Source of the DNA: an uncultured delta proteobacterium
GTDB lineage: Bacteria; Myxococcota; Myxococcia; Myxococcales; Anaeromyxobacteraceae
DNA length: 64,000 bases
Direction: 5' to 3'
Assembly (NCBI GenBank): GCA_963845515.1
Contig: CAWJSR010000010.1
Coordinates: forward strand, 156,623 to 220,622
The notes under the pieces are model-generated. The model searched no databases and was not told the origin of the DNA. It worked only from the letters and a program-made list of their open reading frames with translations. Both the position numbers and the translations under genes were made by a program. Below, in pieces: positions 19,360 to 28,786 of this stretch (positions are counted from its first letter, which is position 1; each line of letters begins with the position of its first letter).

Positions 19360-21216
19360 CTACCTGGCGGCCGCGATGGCCGCGACCTGCTCCGGCGTGA
19401 GGAACTTCAGAGAGCCCATCCCGCCACGGTTCGAGTCGATGGCGCTCTGGGTCGCCGACGCGGACGCGCCGATCTTGGAGGTGCCGTGGCAGCCCGCGCA
19501 GTACTGCGTGTAAAGCGCCTTCCCGTCGATCGGGGCCGTGTACGTGCAGGACTGCGACACGACCGGGGTCCCGGTGCAGCCGGACGGCGTGGACGAGGAG
19601 ACCGTGCGCGTCTGCGTGTTGTTCGACTGGCAGGTACCCCAGGCGCTGTAGGTGTACGTGCAGGTCGGCGCCACGTACGTGCAGGACTGCGACAGGACCG
19701 GGGTCCCGGTGCAGCCGGACGGCGTGGACGAGGAGACCGTGCGCGTCTGCGTGTTGTTCGACTGGCAGGTGCCCCAGGCGCTGTAGCTGTACGAGCAGGT
19801 CGGCGCCACGTACGTGCAGGACTGCGACAGGACCGGGGTCCCGGTGCAGCCGGACGGCGTGGACGAGGAGACCGTGCGGGTCTGCGTGTTGTTCGACTGG
19901 CAGGTGCCCCAGGCGCTGTAGCTGTACGAGCAGGTCGGCGCCACGTAGGTGCAGGACTGCGTCAGGACCGGGGTCCCGGTGCAGCCGGCCGGCGTGGACG
20001 AGGAGACCGTGCGCGTCTGCGTGTTGTTCGACTGGCAGGTGCCCCAGGCGCTGTAGCTGTACGAGCAGGTCGGCGCCACGTAGGTGCAGGCCTGCGTCAG
20101 GACCGGGGTCCCGGTGCAGCCGGCCGGCGTGGACGAGGAGACCGCGCGGGTCTGCGTGCCGTCAGACTGGCAGGCGCCCCAGGCGCCGTAGCCGTACGAG
20201 CAGGTCGGCGCCACGTACGTGCAGGCCTGCGTCAGGACCGGGGTCCCGGTGCAGCCGGCAGGCGTGGACGAGGAGACCGTGCGGGTCTGAGTGCCGTCAG
20301 ACTGGCAGGCGCCCCAGGCGCCGTAACCGTAGGTGCAGACCGCGGGGGGAGGCTCGGTGACGACCACCAGGGCGGCTGCGATCGCGTCGACCTCCGCCGC
20401 GGTCAGCGCCATGAGCGACGTCGAGCCCATGCCCCCGACGTTGCCGTCGATGGCGGCCTGGATCGCGGCGGCGGTGGTACCGAGCTTGGAGCTCGTGGCC
20501 AGCGTGCCGTGACAGCTTGCGCAGTTCGCGCTGTAGAGCGCTGCGCCATCGGCGGGCGGGGGCGGGGGGACCACGGTGCCTCCCGGCAGGTTCTCGGCCG
20601 TGAAGGTGCCGGACGCCAGGTTGTCGAGCGACCCCGTGAAGATGACGCCGCCGGTCGCACGGTTCGTCACGGTGACGGTGTTCCCGGACACCTGGAACCG
20701 CACGTCGCGGAGCATGGCGCGGACGGCGGCGCGGTCGGTCAGCGGGTTGACGACGCCGTACATCGAGTAGAGCGGCGCGAGGACCGTCTTCAGCGCGTCG
20801 AGCGTCGGCCCGAGCCTCCCGGCGGCCTTGGTGGTGTCCGAGGCGCTGGCGTTCACGTAGGTGGCGTTCACGTCCGTGCTGGTCGTCGCCATGGCGTAGA
20901 CGACGGTGGTCAGCTCGTTGACGTCGACCTCCTCGCCATCGGCGGAGATAGAGTACATCGTCTCCCCATCGTCGCTCTCCGAATCGGCCCTGATCAGGAA
21001 GGGAGGCGTCAGCCCGTCGACGTCGAGGGCGAAGGCGCCGTCCGAATCCGACTCTGTCAGGCTGGTCTTCGACGGCGTCGATGAATCCTTCAGGGAGATT
21101 CTCGCGTCGCTGAACGCGAGGCCACCGAAGGACGAGACGATGCCGTTCGCTCCGCACGCGCCTAGCACTACGCCCAGCGCTGCAACCCCAACGGTACTCA
21201 GGACTGTCTTGTTCAT
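19360..21216 (-). CDS. Lipoprotein diheme c-type cytochrome with six Cys-rich tandem repeats
   Basis: Signal MNKTVLSTVGVAALGVVLGA-C (lipobox). Heme motifs CASCH and CAGCH, each followed by GGMGS. Alternative ATG at 21222. Confidence 0.88.
   Translation of the reverse strand: MNKTVLSTVGVAALGVVLGACGANGIVSSFGGLAFSDARISLKDSSTPSKTSLTESDSDGAFALDVDGLTPPFLIRADSESDDGETMYSISADGEEVDVNELTTVVYAMATTSTDVNATYVNASASDTTKAAGRLGPTLDALKTVLAPLYSMYGVVNPLTDRAAVRAMLRDVRFQVSGNTVTVTNRATGGVIFTGSLDNLASGTFTAENLPGGTVVPPPPPADGAALYSANCASCHGTLATSSKLGTTAAAIQAAIDGNVGGMGSTSLMALTAAEVDAIAAALVVVTEPPPAVCTYGYGAWGACQSDGTQTRTVSSSTPAGCTGTPVLTQACTYVAPTCSYGYGAWGACQSDGTQTRAVSSSTPAGCTGTPVLTQACTYVAPTCSYSYSAWGTCQSNNTQTRTVSSSTPAGCTGTPVLTQSCTYVAPTCSYSYSAWGTCQSNNTQTRTVSSSTPSGCTGTPVLSQSCTYVAPTCSYSYSAWGTCQSNNTQTRTVSSSTPSGCTGTPVLSQSCTYVAPTCTYTYSAWGTCQSNNTQTRTVSSSTPSGCTGTPVVSQSCTYTAPIDGKALYTQYCAGCHGTSKIGASASATQSAIDSNRGGMGSLKFLTPEQVAAIAAAR
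19528..20337 (-). repeat. Six tandem 135-bp (45-aa) coding repeats
   Basis: Unit CSYSYSAWGTCQSNNTQTRTVSSSTPSGCTGTPVLSQSCTYVAPT with 4 Cys per unit. Confidence 0.97.
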
Positions 21217-21466
21217 CACCATCGCGCGATATCTCCTGGGCAACTGGTTGGCGCCGGTCGACACTGGCTGGGTCGGTCGGACCCCGTGCGGAATGCCATG
21301 CGTCTTGAAGCGCGGGCCGGGTACCATGAATGCGGTACAGGCTTGGGCGACCCAGTACCGTGATCTCGGGACACCCAGCAACCACCCATTAGCTTGAATG
21401 TAGGCATGAATTTCCGCATGTGTGCGCTGGCGCACGGATGTAGGCGTCAACATTTACGGAGAGTTC

Positions 21467-21484
21467 CGGGTCACGTATGACCCG
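21467..21484. promoter_or_regulatory. 18-bp palindrome, candidate operator upstream of the cytochrome gene
   Basis: CGGGTCA-cgta-TGACCCG within a lower-GC intergenic region. Confidence 0.35.
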
Positions 21485-21554
21485 CAATGGGAGGGCAATT
21501 GAACCTTTGTAGGGACCCAACAGGTACCCATTCCCTAGTTACGGTTCGCGGGCC

Positions 21555-22855
21555 TCAGAACTCGAGTCGCCCCACGGCGCGTGCCCCCAGGTACCGATCT
21601 TCGGCCCGCTCGGCGGCATAGGTCCCAGTGGGATCCGGGTCGAGCGAGTACCTCGTCAACCCGAACTCGCCGATCACCCTGAGCGAGAGCGGTCCACGGA
21701 GCCTGACGCCCAGCCCGGCCTCGGCCTCGAATGCCGTGGTGCGACCGCCCGGGAAGAACGCGGGGTCGCCCTTCACGAGGTCCCTCGCCTCGCCCCAGCG
21801 CACGTAACCTCCCCTGCCGACGATGCTGACGCGGCCGAGCCGCGCCTCCAAGGCGATCCCGGCTGTCACGCCCGAGAGCTGGGCGTCGGCCAGCCCGACG
21901 ATCGAAGGGGAGACCGTGAGCGTGAGCTGCCGCCACGCGACCTGCGGCGCGAGCACCAGCCTGAGTGGCCCCAGCGGCCGCGTGCGCCATGTCCCGCCGA
22001 CCCTGTAAGAGGTGTAGCGTGTGTCGCGCCGCTCACCGGAGGGCGCCAGGGTGGTGTAGGCGATCGACGTCGCCCAGTCACCGAAGACGCCGACGCCTCC
22101 GAGCGCCGCGGAGCCCGTGCGCGCGAGAGGGAAGAGCTCCGCAGCGAGCCACGGCCCCCCGATGGACGCGGCGTCGAACCCGTGGAGAGTGCCGTCCATG
22201 GGCCCGATGCCGCCGAAGTCGAGCGTTCTCCGCATCAGGAAGCCCCCCGCCTCGAACGCGGCCGACCAGGGAACTCGCTCCTCGGGCAGAGGCGAAGGTG
22301 GCTGAGGCTCGAGGGCCCCTCCTTGTGCGCGTTCCGGTGCGCGTTCCGGCGCCGGCTCCGGCTCCGGCGCAGGTGGCTCGCGAGCAGGTGGTGGAGGCGC
22401 GGTGGGGGCCCGCGAGGGGGGCGGGCGGCGGACTGCGCGCGCAGGGACCGGCCGTAAGGAGCGCGACCAGCTCCGCGTCCAGTTGCCGGAGGTCCGCCCG
22501 CGCCAGCCGACCCTCGTCTGGCAGCAGGAAGGTCCAGGTTGGTGCAGGTCCGGAGCCGATCGGTCAGCAGCGAGATCGTGGCGCTCCAACCTTCTTCGCC
22601 GCGCGCCTTGACCCCTACGAGGATGCCGTCGACGCCGAGGGCCCTCGCCTTCGCGAGATCCGGGGCGCGGCGGGACGACACCTCCCGCCAGAGCACGCAC
22701 TCGAAGGTGCCGCAGAGCCACTCGGCCAGCTGCGTCGGGAGTACCGCCCTTGCGTCGCCCTGGACGGGGCCGATCACGATGCGGGGGGCCGCGTCAGCGG
22801 CGCCGGACGCCACGATGCACGCCAGGATGCATGCGAGCCGGAGAGAGCGGGGCAC
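21555..22855 (-). CDS. Exported protein with Pro-rich linker and C-terminal outer-membrane beta-barrel; apparent frameshifts
   Basis: Signal peptide in ORF 22235..22855. Amphipathic strands ending GRLEF in ORF 21555..22721. Joining them requires indels near 22548 and 22445. Confidence 0.6.
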
Positions 22856-22903
22856 CCACCTCTGATAAGCATTCCGGAACGCCGGTGGGATCGGGCCGGG
22901 CCC

Positions 22904-24040
22904 TCAGTACATCACCACCACCTCGGTCCCGGGATAGTAGTGGGCCAGGATCTCCCGGTAGCCCTTCCCTTCGCGAGCGAAGCCAGCCGCACCCCACTGG
23001 CAGAGCCCAGCGCCGTGACCGGCGCCGCGCCCGGCGAAGGCGAAGCCGCCCTTCACCTCCTCGACGTCGAACGCCAGCGAGCGCAGGCGCGTCCAGCCCA
23101 GCCGCTGGCGCAGGTCGCTCCCTGAGAGCGTCGCACGCCGCCTCCCGGCGACGACCTCAATCCGGGCAGCGCGCCCCGACGCGCTCCGCGCGACGATCGT
23201 CACGGACGTGGCTGCGCGCCCGAGCCCCGCCGCGCGCCCCAGCTCCTGGGCCGGAATCACCTGGCGCCAGTGGGCGCCCGGCGCGCCGTCGCACCGGCCA
23301 CACTCGACGCTGGCGAGGTACTCGTAGCCACGCCCCAGCGCCGCGAGACCATCCTCGGTTCGTCCTCCGCAGGACGAGTGGAAGTAGGTCTCGACCGGTT
23401 CCTGGCCGAGGACCAGCACCTCGCCGACCGTCCCACTGGCCGCTTCGCGCGCGCCCGGATCGGCGGCCCCCGCCCCCACGAATACCTGCGAGATGACCGT
23501 CGCGCCGAGGTCCCAGCCGCGCCCTGCGGAGACCGCCTCGAGCTTCCTGACGAGGGCGAAGGTCCTGGCGGCGACCGCCTGTGCCCTGCGCGCCTCCGGC
23601 GGGAAGGTCGCCGGCGTCTCCCCGGACACCACGCCGGCGACGTAGTCCTCCATCGCCAGGACCTCGACCACCGCGAGGCCGGCTCGCGTCCGCCGGACCT
23701 CGACCCAGCGGGAGAGCTCCCTCCCGTCGGCGCGGATGAGCGCGTCGGCGGTGAAGACCGCGACGGCGTCGGGCCAGCGCCGCCCGTCCAGGAGCAGCGC
23801 GCCAGGTGCGCCGCCTGCCCGGACCTCGGCCTTCCCGCGCGTGACCGGCACCCCCTCCGGCTGCGCTCCCGACTGCCCTTCCACCGCAGCCACGGCCCGC
23901 GCCACGCGCAGCCCCTTCGCCGACAGGATGGTCCTCGCCGCCCCCGTCCGGACGGCAACGCGGATCATCTCCTCGCCGTGCGCGGGGCGCGCGGCGAGCG
24001 CGAGGAGGGCGGCTGCGAGCGGCGCCAGGAGGGTGCGCAT
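22904..24040 (-). CDS. SpoIID/LytB-family lytic transglycosylase
   Basis: EDYVAGVVSGE, AQAVAARTFA, FHSSCGGRT, GHGAGLCQWGA and ILAHYYPG. Confidence 0.93.
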   Translation of the reverse strand: MRTLLAPLAAALLALAARPAHGEEMIRVAVRTGAARTILSAKGLRVARAVAAVEGQSGAQPEGVPVTRGKAEVRAGGAPGALLLDGRRWPDAVAVFTADALIRADGRELSRWVEVRRTRAGLAVVEVLAMEDYVAGVVSGETPATFPPEARRAQAVAARTFALVRKLEAVSAGRGWDLGATVISQVFVGAGAADPGAREAASGTVGEVLVLGQEPVETYFHSSCGGRTEDGLAALGRGYEYLASVECGRCDGAPGAHWRQVIPAQELGRAAGLGRAATSVTIVARSASGRAARIEVVAGRRRATLSGSDLRQRLGWTRLRSLAFDVEEVKGGFAFAGRGAGHGAGLCQWGAAGFAREGKGYREILAHYYPGTEVVVMY

Positions 24041-24132
24041 CCTCGTCATTCTAGTGCTGGAGCCCCGCCGAAGCGCGCGCGCGGACGAAGGAGGTTTGCG
24101 GCGCGGAAAACCACCGTGTATGACCGTGCGCC

Positions 24133-24777
24133 ATGCAGATCGTCGAGTGGATCGTCAATCTAATCCGCGACCCCGGGGAGCTCATCCGGTGGGGCGGATA
24201 CCCCGCGCTGGCCCTCATCATCTTCGTCGAGACCGGGGCGATGATCTTCTTCCTCCCGGGCGACTCGCTGCTCGTGATGGCGGGGCTCTACGCGGCGCAG
24301 GGCAGCCTCGACATCGTCTTCCTCAACCTCCTCCTCATCCCTCTCGCAATCCTGGGGGACGCGACGTCCTACTGGATCGGCAGGCGGGCAGGGCCACACA
24401 TCTTCAACCGGCCGCGCTCCCGCATCTTCCGCCCCGAGCACATGAGGGCCGCCCACGAGTTCTACGAGCGCCACGGGGGCAAGGCGATCATCCTCGCCCG
24501 GTTCATGCCGCTCGTCCGGACCTTCGTGCCGGTCGTCGCCGGCGTGGCCGGCATGACCTACCGCCGCTTCGCCGTCTTCAACGTGATCGGCGCCGCTGGC
24601 TGGATCCTCTCGATGACGCTCACCGGGTACGTGCTGGGGTCGCGCTTCCCGCTCCTCGTGAAGCACATCGAGAAGGTGATCCTCGTCGTCATCTTCATCT
24701 CGATCCTTCCCGGGATCGTCGAGTACGCGAAGGCGCGGCTGCGCGCCGCGCGGGCGGCCGGGTCGAGCGCGGAGTAG
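24133..24777 (+). CDS. DedA-family membrane protein
   Basis: FVETG, LPGDSLL and ARFMPLVRTF. Confidence 0.93.
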   Translation: MQIVEWIVNLIRDPGELIRWGGYPALALIIFVETGAMIFFLPGDSLLVMAGLYAAQGSLDIVFLNLLLIPLAILGDATSYWIGRRAGPHIFNRPRSRIFRPEHMRAAHEFYERHGGKAIILARFMPLVRTFVPVVAGVAGMTYRRFAVFNVIGAAGWILSMTLTGYVLGSRFPLLVKHIEKVILVVIFISILPGIVEYAKARLRAARAAGSSAE

Positions 24778-24799
24778 CCGCGAACCGGCCACCGGACCC

Positions 24800-25963
24800 C
24801 TACCGGCCCGCGAACCAGACCGAGTCGTAGGGACAGTCGATCTCGGAGTCGGCGGGCTCGGGATAGTAGGCGCGCCCGCCGCGCGGCCCGCGCAGCCAGG
24901 TCCCCCCCGGCGCGCGCGACTCCACGTAGTCCGGCGCGAGCACGACCTTCCCCTCGCCGCCCGGAAGGTCTACAGCGAGGTGCGGGATGGCGAGGCCGCT
25001 CGTCCGCCCGCGCATCGCCGCCAGGAGCTCGACGCCGGCCCGGAGCGGCGTGCGGAGGTGGCTGGTGCCGTCGGCCAGGTCCCCCTGGTGCAGGTAGTAG
25101 GGGCGCACGCGCCACTCCAGCAGCCGCTCGTTCAGCTCGACCAGGACGCGGGCCGACGAGTTTATGCGGCGCAGCAGCACCGACTGGTTCTCGACCGGCA
25201 CCCCATGGTCCACCAGCCGCTCGCACCCCTCCTGCGCCTCGGCGGTGAGCTCCTTCGGATGGTTGAAGTGGGTGACGACGAAGAGCGGCGCGAACCTGCG
25301 CAGCAGCCGCGCGAGCTGCTCGGTCAGCCGCATCGGGTTGGTGACGGGGGCGCGCGTCGCGAGCCGGAGGACCCGGACTTGCGGCACCGTCCGGAGAGCG
25401 GCGAGGATCTCCTCCAGCCGCTCGTCGGAGAGGACCAGCGGGTCGCCCCCCGAGACGATCACCTCGCGAACACCCGGCTGCCCGCGGAGCCACGCGACCG
25501 CCTCGCCCAGCGCCTCACGATCGAGGCCGTTCCCGTCGCCGCCGGTGATCCGGCGGCGGGTGCAGTGGCGGCAGTAGGCCGGGCACCGGTCGGTGGCGAG
25601 GAGGAGCGCCCTGTCCGGATACTTCTGGACGAGCGCCCGCACCGGCCGATGCGGCTCCTCGCCCGTCGGGTCGTGCCGGTCGCCCGGTCCCGCCTCGGCC
25701 TCGGCCGGGAGCGGGACGATCTGGCGGCGGACCGGGCAGTGCGCGTCGACGGGATCCGCGAGCGCCGCGTAGTAAGGGGTGGCGCCGGCGCGGAAGCGCC
25801 CCGACGTCCTCGCGAACCCCTCCCGCTCCTCGCCGGTCAGCCGGAGGAGCCGCGCGAAGTCGTCGACGGTGGCGAGCGCGGCGCGCTGCTGCCACCGCCA
25901 GTCGCGCCACTGCACCTCGGACACGCCGGGGAAGCGCTCCTGCCAGGTCATGCGAATCTGCAT
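24800..25963 (-). CDS. KamA-family radical SAM aminomutase, lysine 2,3-aminomutase-like
   Basis: WRDWRWQ, CPAYCRHC, SGGDPL, HFNHPKE, NQSVLL and PGGEGK. Confidence 0.92.
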   Translation of the reverse strand: MQIRMTWQERFPGVSEVQWRDWRWQQRAALATVDDFARLLRLTGEEREGFARTSGRFRAGATPYYAALADPVDAHCPVRRQIVPLPAEAEAGPGDRHDPTGEEPHRPVRALVQKYPDRALLLATDRCPAYCRHCTRRRITGGDGNGLDREALGEAVAWLRGQPGVREVIVSGGDPLVLSDERLEEILAALRTVPQVRVLRLATRAPVTNPMRLTEQLARLLRRFAPLFVVTHFNHPKELTAEAQEGCERLVDHGVPVENQSVLLRRINSSARVLVELNERLLEWRVRPYYLHQGDLADGTSHLRTPLRAGVELLAAMRGRTSGLAIPHLAVDLPGGEGKVVLAPDYVESRAPGGTWLRGPRGGRAYYPEPADSEIDCPYDSVWFAGR

Positions 25964-25967
25964 CTCC

Positions 25968-26009
25968 TCCCCTCTCCCTCACCGAGGGAGAGGGTCAGGG
26001 TGAGGGAGC
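25968..26009 (-). repeat. Intergenic palindromic REP-like repeat, copy 2
   Basis: Exact 42-bp reverse complement of 11404-11445. Confidence 0.9.
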
Positions 26010-26030
26010 AGCGCCGTCGGGCGCGCGTGA

Positions 26031-26417
26031 TCACGGCGCCACGGCGACGCAGTCGATCTCGATCCTCGCGCCGCGGGGGAGCGCGGCGACCTGGACGGTG
26101 GCTCGGGCCGGAGGCGCCCCACGGAAGTAGGCCCCGTAGATCTCGTTCACCTTCGCGAAGTCTGCGAGGTCGACGAGGTAGATGGTCGCGCGGACGACTG
26201 CGTCGAACGTGACGCCGGCCGCGCCCAGGACGGCGCCGAGGTTCTCCATCACCCGGCGCGTCTGCGCACCGACGTCGCCGGCGACCAACTCGCCGGTGGC
26301 GGGGTCGAGGGGGATCTGCCCGGAGAGCCAGAGAGTTCGCCCGGACGAGGAAGCGATCCCCTGGCTGTAGGGGCCGATGGCCTTCGGGGCGCCTGCTGAG
26401 GAGAGGACTGTCTTCAT
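26031..26417 (-). CDS. ridA: RidA-family enamine/imine deaminase
   Basis: APKAIGPYSQG, SGQIPLDP and PPARATVQVAALP..IEI. Confidence 0.93.
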   Translation of the reverse strand: MKTVLSSAGAPKAIGPYSQGIASSSGRTLWLSGQIPLDPATGELVAGDVGAQTRRVMENLGAVLGAAGVTFDAVVRATIYLVDLADFAKVNEIYGAYFRGAPPARATVQVAALPRGARIEIDCVAVAP

Positions 26418-26426
26418 TGGCGCACT

Positions 26427-28601
26427 CTACACGCGCTCGACGGACTGGACACCCTCCACCCGCTCGATCGACTTCATCACGTCCTTGAGCTGCTTCAGGT
26501 CCCCCACCGTGACCTCGAACTCGTTGATCGCACGCTCGGGGCCGATGGTCCGGCAGACCGCCTGGATGATGCTGACCCCGGCGCCGCTGATCACGTTCGA
26601 GATGGCTGCGAGCACTCCCGCCCTGTCGTCGGTGATCACCTTCAGCGACGCTGGGCGGCGTACGTCCGGCCGCGCGTCCCATGAGACGTCGACCCGCCGC
26701 TCACGGTCGAGCCCCATCACCTTGTCGCAGGCCGCCGTGTGGACGGTGACGCCGCGGCCGCGGGTGATGAAGCCGATGATGGGATCGCCGGGGACCGGGT
26801 TGCAGCAGCGACCGAAGCGGACCAGCACGTCCTCGATGCCGCTGATGCGGACCCCCTCGGGGGGGCGCCCGGCAACCTTGCGGAAGAGCGCGGTGAGGCC
26901 GCCCGACGGCGCCGGCTCGGCGCGCGGCTCGGCCAGCTTCTCGGCTGGCACGAGCTGCTGCAGGAGCTGCGAGATGGCCACCTTCCCGAAGCCGACCGCA
27001 GCGATCAGGTCGTCGCCGATCCGGTAGCCGAGGGCGCGGGCCGCCTTGTCGAGCTCACCGTGCTTCTCGAGCTTGTTGTACGTGAGCCCGAAGCGGCGCA
27101 GCTCCTTCTCCGTGATCTCGCGCCCGATCTCCAGCGAGCGGAGGTGCTCCGCCTGGCGGAGGAAGGTCCTGATCCGCGCCTGCGCCCGGCTCGTCTTCAC
27201 GAAGGAGAGCCAGTCCTTCGACGGGTGCGAGTGGGGCGACGTCATGATCTCGACGGTGTCCCCGTTCTTCAGCTGGTACCGGAGCGGCACCAGCTTGCCG
27301 TTCACCTTGGCGCCGACGCAGCGCTCGCCGATCTCGGAGTGGACCTGGTAGGCGAAGTCGATCGGCGTCGAGCCGCGGGGGAGGCTGCGCAGGTCGCCCT
27401 TCGGGGTGAAGACGAAGGTCTCCTCGCTGAAGAGGTCGACCTTCACCGTCTCCAGGAACTCGCGGGGGTCGGAGAGCTCACGCTGCCACTCCACCAGCCG
27501 GCGCAGCCAGCCGAACTGCTTGGCGTCCTGCGGCGAGAGCTCGGCCCCCTTCCCGTCCCCCTTGCCGCGCTCCTTGTACGCCCAGTGGGCGGCGACGCCC
27601 TTCTCGGCCACCGCGTGCATCTCGCGCGTCCGGATCTGCACCTCGATGCGCTCGCCGTGGGGCCCGATCACCGTGGTGTGGAGCGACTGGTAGCCGTTCG
27701 GCTTCGGGATCGCGACGTAGTCCTTGAACTTCCCGGGGACGGGCTTCCAGAGCGCGTGGACGAGCCCGAGCGACTCGTAGCACTGCGCCAGATCGTCGAC
27801 CAGGACGCGGAAGGCGATCAGGTCGTAGACCTGATCGAAGGCGAGCTCCTGCTCCTTCATCTTCTTGGCGAGCGAGAAGACGTGCTTGATGCGCCCGTAG
27901 ATCTCGGCCGAGATCCCCGCCTCGTCGAGCCGGGCGCGGAGCAGGTCGATCACCTCCTGTATGAACCTCTCCCGCTCCTTGACCCGCGACTGGATGCGCG
28001 TCGTCAGCGCGGCATACTCGGCGGGGTCGAGGTACTTGAAGGAGAGATCCTCGAGCTCGCTCTTGAGCCAGCCGATGCCGAGCCGGTTGGCGAGCGGCGC
28101 GTAGATGTCCATCGTCTCGCGCGCGATCCGCTCCTGCTTCTCCGCCTTCATGTGGTCGAGCGTCCGCATGTTGTGGATGCGGTCCGCGAGCTTCACGAGC
28201 AGCACGCGGATGTCCTTCGCCATCGCGACGACCATCTTCCGGAAGTTCTCGGCCTGCTTGTCCTCCTGGGTGTTGGCCGGGGAGAACTGCGACAGCTTGG
28301 TGACGCCGTCCACCAGCTCCGCGATCTCCCCGCCGAAGAGCTCGGCGATCTCCTCCTTTGTGGCGAGGGTGTCCTCGATGGTGTCGTGGAGCAGCCCGGT
28401 GACGATCGACGCCTCGTCCAGCCGCATGTCGGCCAGGAGACCGGCCACCTCCATCGGGTGGATGAGGTAAGGCTCGCCCGACTTACGCACCTGGCCCTGA
28501 TGGACCTTGGCGGAGTAGACGTATGCCTTCTTGATCAGGTCGAGGTCGGGCTCGGGGTGGTAGGCCGAGACTCGGTCGAGGATGTCGTTGAGGCGCAGCA
28601 A
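26427..28601 (-). CDS. relA: Bifunctional (p)ppGpp synthetase/hydrolase; start TTG 28601 or ATG 28625
   Basis: HD motif LLHDTIED, PKPNGYQSLHT, EVQIRT, TGS domain FTPKGD, CCNPVPGD and a C-terminal ACT domain. Confidence 0.96.
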   Translation of the reverse strand: MLRLNDILDRVSAYHPEPDLDLIKKAYVYSAKVHQGQVRKSGEPYLIHPMEVAGLLADMRLDEASIVTGLLHDTIEDTLATKEEIAELFGGEIAELVDGVTKLSQFSPANTQEDKQAENFRKMVVAMAKDIRVLLVKLADRIHNMRTLDHMKAEKQERIARETMDIYAPLANRLGIGWLKSELEDLSFKYLDPAEYAALTTRIQSRVKERERFIQEVIDLLRARLDEAGISAEIYGRIKHVFSLAKKMKEQELAFDQVYDLIAFRVLVDDLAQCYESLGLVHALWKPVPGKFKDYVAIPKPNGYQSLHTTVIGPHGERIEVQIRTREMHAVAEKGVAAHWAYKERGKGDGKGAELSPQDAKQFGWLRRLVEWQRELSDPREFLETVKVDLFSEETFVFTPKGDLRSLPRGSTPIDFAYQVHSEIGERCVGAKVNGKLVPLRYQLKNGDTVEIMTSPHSHPSKDWLSFVKTSRAQARIRTFLRQAEHLRSLEIGREITEKELRRFGLTYNKLEKHGELDKAARALGYRIGDDLIAAVGFGKVAISQLLQQLVPAEKLAEPRAEPAPSGGLTALFRKVAGRPPEGVRISGIEDVLVRFGRCCNPVPGDPIIGFITRGRGVTVHTAACDKVMGLDRERRVDVSWDARPDVRRPASLKVITDDRAGVLAAISNVISGAGVSIIQAVCRTIGPERAINEFEVTVGDLKQLKDVMKSIERVEGVQSVERV

Positions 28602-28786
28602 GGGAGGCGAAAAGGGTAGCTTCATGCGGCGCTCTGCCGCAAGGTGTGGTTCCCCCTTTTCATTGTACCCGGCCCGGCACGCGCGCAACCGACCGCCCCT
28701 GGCTGGCAGCGGTCCTTCCCCGTTTTCGGTTTAGGATGACCGCCGGCGGGGCGGGGCTGCCACGGTTGAACTGAAGGAGAGTCTCC

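Noticed and set aside
19528..20337. Tandem repeat array as a possible CRISPR
   Set aside because: The units are contiguous 135-bp in-frame coding repeats with no unique spacers, and no cas genes are present.
21284..21299. Possible sigma54 promoter (TGGCAT on the minus strand) upstream of the cytochrome
   Set aside because: The -12 position reads GG rather than GC and lacks TTGC.
21217..21453. N-terminal extension of the cytochrome ORF to 21453
   Set aside because: The lipoprotein signal begins at MNKTV (21216) or 21222, with a GGAG RBS just upstream. The extension looks non-coding.
24800..25963. Assigning the KamA-family gene as epmB or to a lysine fermentation pathway
   Set aside because: No efp, epmA or lysine fermentation genes are nearby, and the substrate cannot be determined from the motifs.
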